Origin: Eledone cirrhosa
Lineage: Eukaryota
DNA length: 64,000 bases
Direction: 5' to 3'
Assembly (NCBI GenBank): GCA_964016885.1
Contig: OZ024740.1
Span: 389,112,001 to 389,176,000 of the forward strand
In this document: piece by piece, positions 48,977 through 60,799 of the stretch
Position numbering within the stretch: the first letter of the stretch is position 1
Layout of the letters: the number at the start of each line of letters is the position of its first letter
Translations under genes and position numbers: made by a program
Notes under the pieces: model-generated
The model's input: the letters and a program-made list of their open reading frames with translations, nothing else
Database searches by the model: none
Told to the model about the DNA's origin: nothing

Positions 48977-49070
48977 CAGGGTGTATCAAAGCTAATCCAG
49001 TTTCAAAAGACTATATTATTTAAACAAATATAGCCTTTTGAAATTCGATTATTCTTTTTGATACACCCTG
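48977..49070. mobile_element. 94-bp Tc1/mariner-type MITE
   Basis: TA|CAGGGTGTATCAAA...TTTGATACACCCTG|TA; the interior is also self-complementary. Confidence 0.8.
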
Positions 49071-49237
49071 TAATCGATGCTAGCATAAAAAGGGATCTTA
49101 AACGATGATAATGATATTATATATATATATATACACATACATACACATGCAAGAGCAAACAGAGATAACAAAGCAAACAATACAGTTCAATGAAGAAATA
49201 TATTATTAGTTTTACGTTTGATATAGTAGAAAAAGAG

Positions 49238-49273
49238 TCTTAACGTTTCGGATGCTAGTCCTTCATCAGAAAA
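49238..49273 (-). ncRNA. Minimal hammerhead ribozyme in inverted pseudo-LTR
   Basis: tttt-CTGATGA-a-gga ctagca tcc-GAAA-CG-TT-aaga, with palindromic AACGTT stem III. Confidence 0.7.
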
Positions 49274-49277
49274 TAGA

Positions 49278-49520
49278 ATGAGAATCACTCAGGCTGAACT
49301 CTCCACTCTGCACAGCCTACAGCGCTGCGATGACATTGCTGATAAAGCTGGTGCTGTGGTGGTGTGGCGCACAGCCTCTACAGGACTGAGGCCCTCCACC
49401 AGCTTCACAATACCCATCTTTACTGGCCTTAATCCTCTGACCCCCCACCCCAGGCTTCCAACAGTTCATGTTCTCCACTATTTGCCAACTATCTCTTCCT
49501 CTTTCCTACACCCCACTGCT
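49278..49520 (+). mobile_element. Penelope-like ORF fragment (pre-RT region)
   Basis: TQAELSTLHSLQRCDDI..ADKAGAVVVW matches the PLE motif ADKGGAVVV. Confidence 0.65.
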
Positions 49521-49524
49521 ACTA

Positions 49525-49730
49525 ATTCTTGGGGAATTCCTTGCACTCCATGATCTTCCTTATTTGTGGTCTGATGAAGACACTGGTTTTCCCATTTGCC
49601 TCAGACAGCTTAGGGATGAAGTCTTGAAGGCTGTGGACTCCTTATCTAGAGCTGTGACAAACTGTTTCATAAGGCCCAAGTGAAGTGGTGGGAACAATAC
49701 CTTATGGGGATCAACCAGTGGTTGTCCAAG
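49525..49730 (-). mobile_element. Chapaev3-like (CMC) transposase fragment
   Basis: DPHKVLFPPLH-LGLMKQFVTALDK...LSEA...FIRPQIRKI. Confidence 0.65.
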
Positions 49731-49754
49731 TCACAAAAGTAAAGTTAGAGGAGA

Positions 49755-49942
49755 ATAATTGTTTCTGCTTTTGACACAAGGCCAGCAATTACCCAGTACA
49801 TTACTGGTACTTTATTTTATCGACCCCGTAAGGATGAAAGGCAAAGTTAACCTCAACGGGATTTGAACTCAGACCGTAATGGGATGTAACTATGCTAGAA
49901 AGCATGGCGTCCAACCCTCTACCGATACTGCCAATTCACTGT
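49755..49942 (-). mobile_element. Meta-core tRNA SINE
   Basis: Full head, core and tail on the minus strand; ttagaggagaataat occurs on both sides (candidate TSD). Confidence 0.85.
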
Positions 49943-50649
49943 CTTAGAGGAGAATAATAGTCTTTTCCTGTGCTTTCTAGGAAATAGCACTTATTAACCA
50001 AAGACAAAAGAAAGTAAAATGTTTATTACACAGTGTTATTAATAATAGATTTAGGGTGATTTGAATTTTTATGCACATAACATAAGAATTCACCAAGTTT
50101 ACATCTATTAACTTTTCTATTGTTTTCTATTGTTATAGCTAGGTTATATTTTTTTTAAAACTTATTCATATGTTTTCTCACTCTCACAAAGGCTTGAATT
50201 TTCAAAGGTGAAAAGTGCATCATCTCTATGTACAACCCACCCTTCAATGCTAGGTAAATTGCTTTTTAATTTGGTAATGAGAAACAGATCTGTGAGATCA
50301 GTTACTGGGGCAAAGTCACTTGCAACCATGCTGGTGTTTTTTATATTTAGCAATAAAAAAATTTACAAATGCTTAATACATTTGATAAATTCATTGAGAA
50401 AATATTCTTCATATTTTGTTTGCAGTAAATATTATATCATAACCATTTTTGCCTATAGCATAAGAGTCATAGGCATTTTAATATTTTATCAAATATTTTA
50501 AAATAAAAACTTGTTACACCCAACAAAAATAGATAAAAGCTTTTGACATTAGCTAGTCAACACAAATAATATGTCCTATTTTGCTAGGGAATGACTGCTA
50601 CATTGTTCAGAACCAGCCAAGCATAACTCCTTACCAGAGTATATATATA

Positions 50650-51650
50650 AGCTGAAGAACTATTCTGTTAGAGAATGGTTAGTTGTGATATAAGTAACCC
50701 CAGACCAACAATGGTAAACTACTAGGGGAGATCTCAGAATGGGTGACACTGTTAGCTCCTATGTAGTCACAACCTAATGTTTGTGTGTCAGACTCCACAA
50801 AGGGCATGTACTGCCATCTCTCCTGTTCATTATTTTCATGGGCAGGATTGACATGTGCAGCCGGGTCAGAAGTGATATCAAGACTGATGAGTCAAAGAAC
50901 AGTCAGCTGGAATTTGCAGATAAAATGATATTACTTAACTCATCAGAAGGTGGTCTCTGACATATGCTCGATAGGTTTAATGAAGAATGTTACATGCCAG
51001 GAATGAAATCAGTGCTGTGAAAACTGTGACACTCATCTTCTCAAGGAAGCTTGTGCAATGGAGTTCCACTGAAGCAAGTGGAGAAGTTCAAGTATCTCAG
51101 GGCTTTTTTCACAAGTGATGGAAGGTAGGAGGCTGAATTACTGAATTAAGTGCAAGAATTATAGGAGCTGGTGCAGTATTGTGCTAGCTTCAGCATTTAG
51201 TCATCAGAAAAGGAGGGTGGGTAGCTGTAAAAGCCAAACTCACTATCTTCAATTCAATATTGTACCAACCCTTACCTATGGTCATGAATCTTGGGTTATG
51301 ACCAAAAGTGGGCTGAAATGGAATTCCCCAAAGGGTATTTGGAGTAACATTACTCAACAGAGTGCATGGCTCAGAGATCAGAGATCACTCCAGTTAGAGT
51401 TGCTACATCTCCAAATTAAGAGATCACAACTCCGATACTGTGGACATATGGTTAATATGTCTAAGGAAAGAATTGGACAGATTTTATGGATAAAACTAAC
51501 TGGCAGGAGACCTACATGTAAATACATTTATGAGCCTGGTTTGTCTCGCTTGGGGATCCAACCAGATCAATTAGAAATGGTTGCTTCAGGACCGACTGGA
51601 AGGCCTGCTTGAGGATTCTACGCCCATGATCCTCCCAGGAATAAGTGAGC
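50650..51650 (+). mobile_element. Internally deleted Rex3-like RTE (5' UTR joined to RT C-terminal half)
   Basis: 50650-50760 matches 18995-19160; 50790-51650 matches about 15285-16172. Confidence 0.75.
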
Positions 51651-52315
51651 AAAGAAAAGGTCAGATGGTAAAGTGGACACTTTTGAAAAACCATCTCAGA
51701 CAAAAAAGGCTGATTGCACACACATACAACCACACCAATTATTAATCATAGTTATTCATTGAAGTGATAAAAGTTTACAATTTAAATGAAGTGTTGTTAT
51801 TTTTTATGTTTGTCCTTTCTTCAGTGCTTTATACTTTCCACATCAACACATACATTTAATGTCTTCGCAAACATTTCAGAATTATAACATAACCCAGTTT
51901 TGGTTGTGGCCCATTAAAGTCAGTATCATAACAAGCTATATTATGACTTAATCCATCACCCACTTCAACATCACCATGTGGTCCTTCCATACTTTTAGCC
52001 AAATTCACTCTGTTGTAAGCATTCAGGCCATCTCTATAGTTTGAGGGTAACTTCCTGCCCTTCCCTCACCAACTAAACCTTAAAAACACACCAAAAAAGT
52101 ATGCAACTAATCAAGCCAATAAGGAAAATTCTATATAGTCTCACAACCTGCGAGAAAAGGCAATGGAATCTCTTACATAAACCATATTAGCTTTTAAAAT
52201 GGTCAGATTTGACAATGTAGTGCTGAGTACAGAAAAAGATAAGCTGGAATGTATTTGGTCATAGATCTGTACTCATCAAGAAATGACTTGAGCTAAACAG
52301 CAACAACACACTAGT

Positions 52316-52409
<94 letters not shown>

Positions 52410-54344
52410 TTGGTTAAGTAAGTGCATTAATAGTACAGTTCTTATCATGTCAACATATTTATCAGGAATAAGCATGACAAGCTTTACAGGTGAATCATTA
52501 AAAGTTTGTTTTACCTCACATCAGCATATGTTTTACACACCCAATCACATACTCTTCATTAATTTTTTTTTCCTGACATTCTCATTAGAAAGGGGAGATT
52601 AACAAAAGAGAGAGAAAATAATTCACAGAAAGAGGGAAAAACAGAGTGAGAGAAACAGAGAGAAAAGACAAAGTGTGTGTGAGTACACAGAAGTCTCCAT
52701 CTTATTTTGAGGAGTATAACAAAAGAAGTCCTTCAGAATGGTTGATGTATTGTTTGAACAATTTCTTTCTAAACCATGAAGATGAAAATATTAGTTGAGA
52801 TGATCCTAACCTTGGAGAAATTTTCTCTAGTTCTCTAAAAAGACACATTAAGGAAAAATGTTTAGCAACAAATGTAATTGCAAAAATCTGGACCATTTCA
52901 AAAATATTAGTGGAAAAATCAACATAAAATGAAAACGATGATGTCATGCTTGATTTACACACACCCTGATACAATTTACCAAAAGTCAAAGGTGGACACA
53001 GGCATGACAGAGTGGTTAAGAAGGTTTCTTTGTAACTACAAGGTTATAATTTCTACCTCACATGAAATACCTAGAGCATATGTCTTCAACCATACTCCCA
53101 AGTTGATCAATAGATTATGGTTAAAACTTAGTAAAATGAAACTATATTAACTTCATTGTTTGTCATCAACCTCATCGTTTTTACATCTGGATTTTCCATA
53201 CTGCTATGGATTAGATGAGAGTTTTACATCTAAGTGCCCTTCTGGATGTCAATTCATTTTGTTACCTATTTCAACATGGAAGGATACATTTGCTGACAAA
53301 TATCAAACATTGGTGAGAAATGCAATAGCCATGTACTTTATAGTATTTGTTCTACCTGCTTTGCAGAGACTCTTTTGTCACTAGCATTATTGTAAATGTA
53401 ATGAACAAGTGACTGGCCCATTGGAAATCTGTTGTCAATGTCATGATTGATCATAAACTGCTATATGCAATAAATTTAAACAAATTAGGTAATATTCCTG
53501 CAAATTTCCTAATTATTACCAAAACCTAGGTGAGTAAAAAACAATGTAGAATTGAGTGTTTTATTCATAGAAACAACAAAGCATTAAAAGCCTATAAAAG
53601 AGCTTCTAAATGGCTACTCACTGCTAGAAATAGCAGTCAAATTTCCCTAAATTACAACTTACAATCTTAAGGGAAGGAAACATTTGATAATGTAATCCTA
53701 TATGCACTATGTCTGAATATAAGTATGGTTATTACTGGAATCCCTTTAAATATAGGTCTGCTTGAATATGGTTGATCTGAGGTTAAACAACAATAAATGA
53801 CCAGCAAAAGATCTAAATTTATTAATTTTGAATTAGTAGTCCAATACTTTGCCCATTTCACCATATTTGCCCCTACTACTGAGGAAAAATTATTGAACAA
53901 GCATCTCTGGACTGTTTTAGTTCAGTAAGTGTGGGAAATGTATCCACACACCAATTTTCTACATTAACTAATCAATGACTTAACCTTTATCAACTGATTA
54001 GGACATTTTGGAGCTAAAATGATGGGTTAATGTTTTTTTCTTACTTCTTAAACATGACAGATATCAGCTTTCTAAGACTATCCAAGACAATTCTATAGCA
54101 ATTTAAACAAAATGCAGACATCAGCTAACTTATCCATCTAAGTAGACGCCTTTCTATGTGGTCACTGGACTTGATCGAAAAAAAACAGCCAAATCTTCCT
54201 CAAATATTGCTATACTTTCTTAAAGGAAAAATGTAGCAAATAATGTACTCCTAGATATTACTCTGAAAAAAGGACAGGATAGCCACCACTGGAATTTCTG
54301 ATTATAAGTCTCCAAGTCCAATGTCTGTAAGCCAGAAGGCTTGT

Positions 54345-54597
54345 TAGGTCGGTGCTTATCCCAGTTTCATGGTGTGAAGCAACTGAGAGTACAAGACTCC
54401 ACCCTGGAAAGGATGCCAGTCTATCATAGGGTTAAACCCCCCAGCTATTGCTGGTACTCATTTTCAGCTGAGTATACTGGAGCAATGTGAAATGAAGTGT
54501 TTTGCTCAAGAACACAACACGCAACCTAGCCCAGGAATCAAACCAACAACATTATGATCGTAAGTCCAACACCCTTACCACTAGGCCACGTGCTCAC
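54345..54597 (-). mobile_element. tRNA-derived CORE-type SINE
   Basis: A-box TGGCCTAGTGG, B-box GGTTTGATTCC, CORE TTCTTGAGCAAAACACTTCATTTCACATTGCTCCAGT, and 3' GATAGACTGGCATCCTTTCCAGGG. Confidence 0.8.
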
Positions 54598-55399
54598 ACT
54601 AAATTATATGTCTACTTGATCAAAATTAATCTGGATCAAATAATTACTAAGCAACTATATGGTCAATTTGACATTCACATACCCATTCTTATTGTTTTGT
54701 TCTTTTACATACCTGCAAGAAGACAGTCATACAAACCTTAATTGGCTTAGAATGTTGACTAATAAATAAAGTTTAAAATGAAAATTCTTTGTGCTGCTTC
54801 ATATTAAGATGTATAATAAACAATACTGCCATTTTACACCACTCCTGAATACTAGTATGTTAATTTCAACGCATTCCTTTAATTGACCCACTAAAAAACA
54901 TCCTTTAATAATAAAAAAAATAATTAAAAAATGATTCATTTAACTTTGGTGGTATTTAAAGTATTAGTTATTTGATATTTATTTTGTCAATCTAATAGCT
55001 GCATGTAATTGAATATTCTATATCCTAGAGACAATCAGTGAATTTTCAACAATATTGGCTTGGTAATATTATATAGTACCAATAATAAAGTACCAGTAAT
55101 ACACTGGGTAATTGCTGGCCTTGTGCCAAAAGTAGAAACAATTATATAGAATTTCTAGAGATATATTTTTTATAAATATAATAAGACAGAGACAGAGAGA
55201 GAAACAAAGAGAGATTTTGATATTATTTATTTTGAGATCAATACCTTAACATAAGTATGAGCAACTGGTTATGGTCAGTTTGAACAGGAAGAGGTGAGAG
55301 AATTCTGGCCAGATACAGTTGGTTTAAATGCTAAAAGATTAAGTTCTTCAAGATCTGAATTTCTCAAGTTAGTTGATAAAGAATCTCTTATGATTCGTC

Positions 55400-56200
55400 A
55401 AAACTTTCCCTTAGCTTTTATAGTTCAATATACATTATCATTCCACCAACATGACACCTTCCATTATGCTGGTATCTTGCTCCAACCACAGCTCTGGTTT
55501 GTGTGGGACAGCAGGTTGACTCAGAGACACTCCCAGTTGTTTAGATGTCATAGGTCTCATCCTCCTCCTTGACATACATGTCAACCAGAACTTCCCTGAA
55601 CTTATGTTTAGCAGAGGGATATTTCAGTTCACACACTTCCCTTGTTTGTATCACCTTATTTCTCTCACACCTTCTAGCTCTTACTCTGAACTCAGTATTA
55701 ACAAGTCTATGTTTAATTGTATATTCTTCACCAAGTAAAAACTTAATATCTACAAGCACTTGGTTATCCTGTTTTTGGTATGAAGTTTGTCTGGTGTATA
55801 TGTTCATTTAAGAGGTAAATGATCAGAAGGCTGGTCAGTTTCCTGAAGTTAGTGCTGCAAATGGCTAGGTTATTTTCTTCAGAAAAATCCAAGAGCCTTG
55901 ATCCCTCTTTATTCTTTTACCATATCCTCCATGGATGCTGAAACAGTGATCCTAGTGTTACCCAACATGTCCATTCATATCACAAGGTCACTGTCATTCA
56001 TTAGTGAAGTGGTCTACAAGAAAGCCTCATATAAATGGTATTTTTGCACATCTGTCAGTCCTGAATGTGATGTATATGAAGTTGGTGTTGTATTGCCTAA
56101 CACTAATCTAAAGTTAATTATCCTGTCACATACTTTGATGACCTTCATTTTGCCTATCCATTTTTCTGCCATTGAAGTGCCTACTCCACAGCCTCCCTAG
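55400..56200 (-). mobile_element. Old RTE LINE APE-domain fragment
   Basis: GVG..MAEKW...DRIINFRLVL, EGSRLLDF..ENNLAICSTNFRK, HRLV. Confidence 0.75.
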
Positions 56201-56984
56201 TGCTGGTGCCATGAAATGCACACAGTTCACTCTGTAAATTGTGCATAAGCAAGATGCAACCCCACCATCTCATCAGGTTAAGAGAGAACTTGGTCTTTGA
56301 TGACCCATCAAACATATGCTACTAGGAAAAAGCAGACATTAAAAATTATGAGAATGACAAAATGACCCCAGACATGCTGAAATTTGAGACCACAGATCAC
56401 AGTGTAAAAATGCAATTTCCATACAGATATTACAAAAAAAAATATTAGATATAAAATAACTTATACATATGATTCTAAATTACAACTAATCTCAACTATA
56501 TAAACATATAAACTAAACTATGTTTAGTAAAATAAAATACAGTGTATTCTTTACAGATTTTTGTTATCTTTATTTTCATGTTTTCACATTCAACGAGGAA
56601 GGAAAAGAAACCAAAAAAGTTATTCAAGATAAAATAAATGTTAACTTACAATTCTTATTTTTAAAGCAAAGGGGAAAACAAAATAGAACCAAAAGAATAA
56701 TTCTATTTCATATTGGAAGAGAATAAGAGTGGGGATGAAACCTTACACATGTAAGATAACATTCATTAAAGTTTTGTTTAAGGAAAAGGTTTCAAACAAA
56801 TAACTGTTAAAACATGTAGTGGATGTTTTACTGTGTAGATCACCAGCACTATATCATCATCATCGTATTTACGTCCATTTTTACATGCATGGGTTAGATG
56901 TATGTATGTATGAACATACGTACATACATACATACATACGTACATACATACATACATACATACATACATACATACATACATGCA

Positions 56985-57086
56985 TACTAGTTTAATACTG
57001 GTTTAATCCGGATACATGCATGTGTATATGTATGTATATGTGTGTATGTATGCATGTATCCAGGTTAAACCAGTATTAAACTAGTA
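56985..57086. repeat. Short fold-back (about 37-bp arms) around a microsatellite; MITE-like
   Basis: tactagtttaatactggtttaatccggatacatgcat pairs with atgcatgtatccaggttaaaccagtattaaactagta. Confidence 0.8.
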
Positions 57087-57488
57087 AGACTATAATTCAA
57101 CAGAGTACTCAATACTTGGGATAAAAAGAGTCGGGGCCTCATGGCTGAGCTCATGCTATTTCAACAGTTAATTCCAGACTGCTGACAAAACTACTTGCAG
57201 TGGACTAGGTGATTGACTAGGTAAAGGTTCTTCATAGATTGTTAAAGAAAAGTGGTTATATTTTCTATATATATTTATATATTATATATACTTTCCATGT
57301 GTGTGTATGTAGGTGTTTGACTGCGCAAGTGTATGTGTGTGTTTGACTGTGTAACTGTGTGTGTGTGTTTTATTACTTATGAGGGGATGGGTAAGAAAAA
57401 TTGTGGTATTGTACTGGTGAGGGAAGAATCTGGTTGAGTTGGAGAATTGTCAAGGGGAAATGGAATGTAGTTATCATCTTGAATTATT

Positions 57489-57571
<83 letters not shown>

Positions 57572-58067
57572 ACGCGCGTGTATGCATGGCGTCTGCCATC
57601 TCAGTGATCGGAGGAGGGGATCAGAGAATCTAACCAGCTTAATTGCAGACACAAACCCAGCATTGATGCCACCAAGAGTCGTTAACATTCCCAGACCAAA
57701 AACTACATGGTCATGCCCATACATGTTTTATATATCTGTCAACAAAAGAACCTATTTTTTTGTTCTCTCAAAAGATCACAGATCAGCTTGTCAGAATTAT
57801 GATTGTTGTTGTTGTGAGTGTGTGTTTTTTACTTAGAATTATGCTTGTTGTATTTGTTGTGGGTTGAAGAGCTAAAACTTATGTTTACCTTATTTTACAT
57901 GCATGTGTCTATTTTTATAATATAATTTAGAAGAGTTCTAGTGCTAGGGAGTTAGAATGCGTATGTATGGAAATGTTGTGTGTCTGTAAGTGCGTATGTG
58001 GCACTTAATTTGCTTGTATATATGTGGGTTTCTCCTTGCCTACAAGTATGCATGTGTGGGCAGATGT

Positions 58068-58190
58068 TTGTGAAAGAGTGAGATTGGTGTTGATATTTTC
58101 TATTTGTTGTGAAAGAGTGAGATTGGTGTTGATATTTTCTATTTGTTGTGAAAGAGTGAGATTGGTGTTGAGATTTTCATTTGTTGTGAA
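58068..58190. repeat. 39-bp tandem repeat, about three copies
   Basis: ttgtgaaagagtgagattggtgttgatattttctatttg. Confidence 0.9.
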
Positions 58191-59965
58191 AGGGGAAGGT
58201 GGTGTGGATATTTTGTATTTGTGTGTTATGCAATATAGTAAGCCTAAGGTTGTCGTGGGTGCCTGTGTATGGGGTGGGGGGTGCTCACATACAATTAGTT
58301 ATTGTTACTTTTATAATGGAGTGCCAGAATGATTATTGATATTTATGTGCAGCAATTGGATTGGTATCATGGTGCCAACCTATTTGGGAATAAGCCTGAA
58401 TAGCTTAAGTGATGGAAGTGTAGCTTGGGTTGGTATATACAAGGCTTCTTGTGTGCAGGCAAAGACACATATTTCTATGGTGTCATGTAATGGGGGGGGG
58501 GGTGCAAAGGTGCTTATGCATGCGCTTGTGCTGGGTGTCTATCTGAGTGCTGGCTCTGGGTGTGGTATTGTAGAATATGTTAGTGAGTTTTAGGTAGAGT
58601 CATGATTGTGTGTGCACATGTACTATGTATACCTAGGGGTGTATATGCTAGTGTGGGTGTGCTCAATGAAGGTTGGAAAATAGTCTTTATTCCCCTGGAT
58701 CATGAGTAGATCTGAGGTTGAGGTAGGTTTAGTAAGACCGGTGCTTGCACGAAGTGACAAGTTCATTCTTTGTGTTTAGTAGTTGTCCCTTGGTGAACAA
58801 GATTTGTATGGTTTCTTTGGAGCATAAATTGCATGGCAGCCCCCCCCCCCCCCCATAACGTTTGGCCTTGGACAAGGTACTCCATTTCAGGTTGTAGGTG
58901 TTGTTATTATCGCAGAGATTCCATATGTGGCTGGATAGTGTTGTAGCATTTCTCCAGTCCCAGTCTCTAATCCTGTGTTGGTGGTGGTAGAACCTTGTCT
59001 TAAATTCACAGGCAGTTAATCTGATGTAGGCTCTATTGTGTTCGGTTGTGATGGTGCTCTTGTTTCCCAGGTTCCGTTACTGGCATATGGTGTTTAGAGG
59101 ACAGTTGTTTTGTTATGTGCAATTACATGGCCTGGTTTTATCATCACTGAAGTCTGATGATTTGTGCGAAGTTGGATGTGATACTGTATGAAAGTCTGAC
59201 TGTGTTTCTGTCTATACGTTTGTGTGTGTTTGTGTGTGTGTGCGCGTGCCTGGGTATTTTATGAAAGTAACACTATATTTTGGCATGCATTACAAAATAT
59301 TTGAAATATGATATTTGATTGTTGTATTTGAACTAAAGTAGGAATTATAGCAAAATATTCATTGTTGTTTGTTCAATGCAAATCATCTAGATAACAATGT
59401 TATTAGTTTTGTCCAGGTGTGTTGTTTTGAATACTAGTTCCATTTTACTGTGAATATATAAATGCTTTGCCATTAGAATCATTAAGTATGTTGTCAATGA
59501 AAAGGGCATGACTAAAAAATACATTTTTCTTTTATTTATCCCCTTTTTACTTGTTTTTTTCTTTTTTTGCACAATCAGAACCTCTAAAATTCAAAACACC
59601 TGAAGGATATTTTGAAAACAATAAATAAAATAAAATACAAAATAAAGTTAGTTTTGGCTTATGAAGCATTTCTTATTTCTGTAATTCAGTCAAGAAAGTG
59701 TGTTTAAGATTTCTACACTGTAGCTTTCACCCTCCTTTGTCTCTAATGCAGTAGGATCATGTTTGAGGGAGATGTGTTTTCTATTAGGTATACCAACAGT
59801 TATAGTGGTTCCCATGACATACATATATAGATACACACACACGTATGCAAGACAGTTGGCTGTAATTTGAAGGGGATTTTGCTAATATTTCTAATAGATC
59901 AAGGTATCACAGAACATTTCCTTTTTGTTTCATATATATACATACATGAGACAGTAGGGTGGCAT

Positions 59966-60553
59966 CTATCTAGGGCAGGTAAAATTCCCGAGATCCATGG
60001 ACGAGTTCTCTCCAGCGGTCTCTGTCCCTCATTATCGCTGCCATGTCCTGCATCTCCAACAGACCAGTGTCTGTCCTTAGGGCATCAACATATGTTAACC
60101 TCGGTCTTCCTCTTCCAGTGTGTCCATGCAGGGGCTCCCACAGGAGCACTGAGTGCAATGTCAACTCTGGCTGTCAGTGAGCATGTCCAGCTAACCTCAG
60201 TCTCCTCTGTGCTACTCTCGAGCTGACTTTTAGGAGGTTCCCATACAGCTCTGAGTTCTTCATCCTCAGTGTATACTGATTAATGTTCAGAACCATCCTC
60301 AGCATTCTCGTGTAGCACCCATCCAACATCTGAGTGAGTTTCTTGGTCAGTGTCCAAGTCTCAGACCCGTACAGCAGCACAGACTCCACTACAGCAACAC
60401 CGGCTCAGAGCAGGAGAGTTAAGGCGAAAAATATATCAGATGCTGAATTTGCTGATGACATAGTTCTGGTGACAAACACAGTGAAGGAGGCAGAGGATTT
60501 GATGCAGGAGGTGGAGATGTGTCGATGAGTGTGGGGCTGAGAATGAATGAGAT
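59966..60553 (-). mobile_element. 5'-truncated, 5'-inverted RTE-type LINE with 11-bp TSD
   Basis: Minus-strand C-terminus (LLYGSETWTL...RRLRLAGH...GRGRP) to about 60397, then plus-strand FADD segment. TAGGGTGGCAT at 59955-59965 and 60554-60564. Confidence 0.85.
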
Positions 60554-60799
60554 TAGGGTGGCATTTAAAGGAAATTTGGCTGCTATTTCTAACAGGTCTA
60601 GCTAGCTACCACACAAAGATCTCACTTATACTACTTTATATATCTTATACTACTTTATATATCAGACTTATACTACTTTATATATGCATCTTCTACCAAA
60701 GTAACACTATGCAGTAATTTGTTTACTTCAGAATTCCTTACAAACTATTTGACTAAGGAATTAAGATCTGTGTGTATTGTCATTGAATGAGAAATTACG

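Noticed and set aside
50162-50353. 63-aa minus-strand ORF as a possible upstream exon
   Set aside because: No splice signals in a compatible phase and no similarity to rhomboid N-termini.
59150-59202. CTGATGA...GAAAGTC hammerhead-like motif
   Set aside because: No convincing stem II or stem III.
59390-59610. Exon-like segment after a tccttcag acceptor on the minus strand
   Set aside because: Stops in all frames and no recognisable homology.
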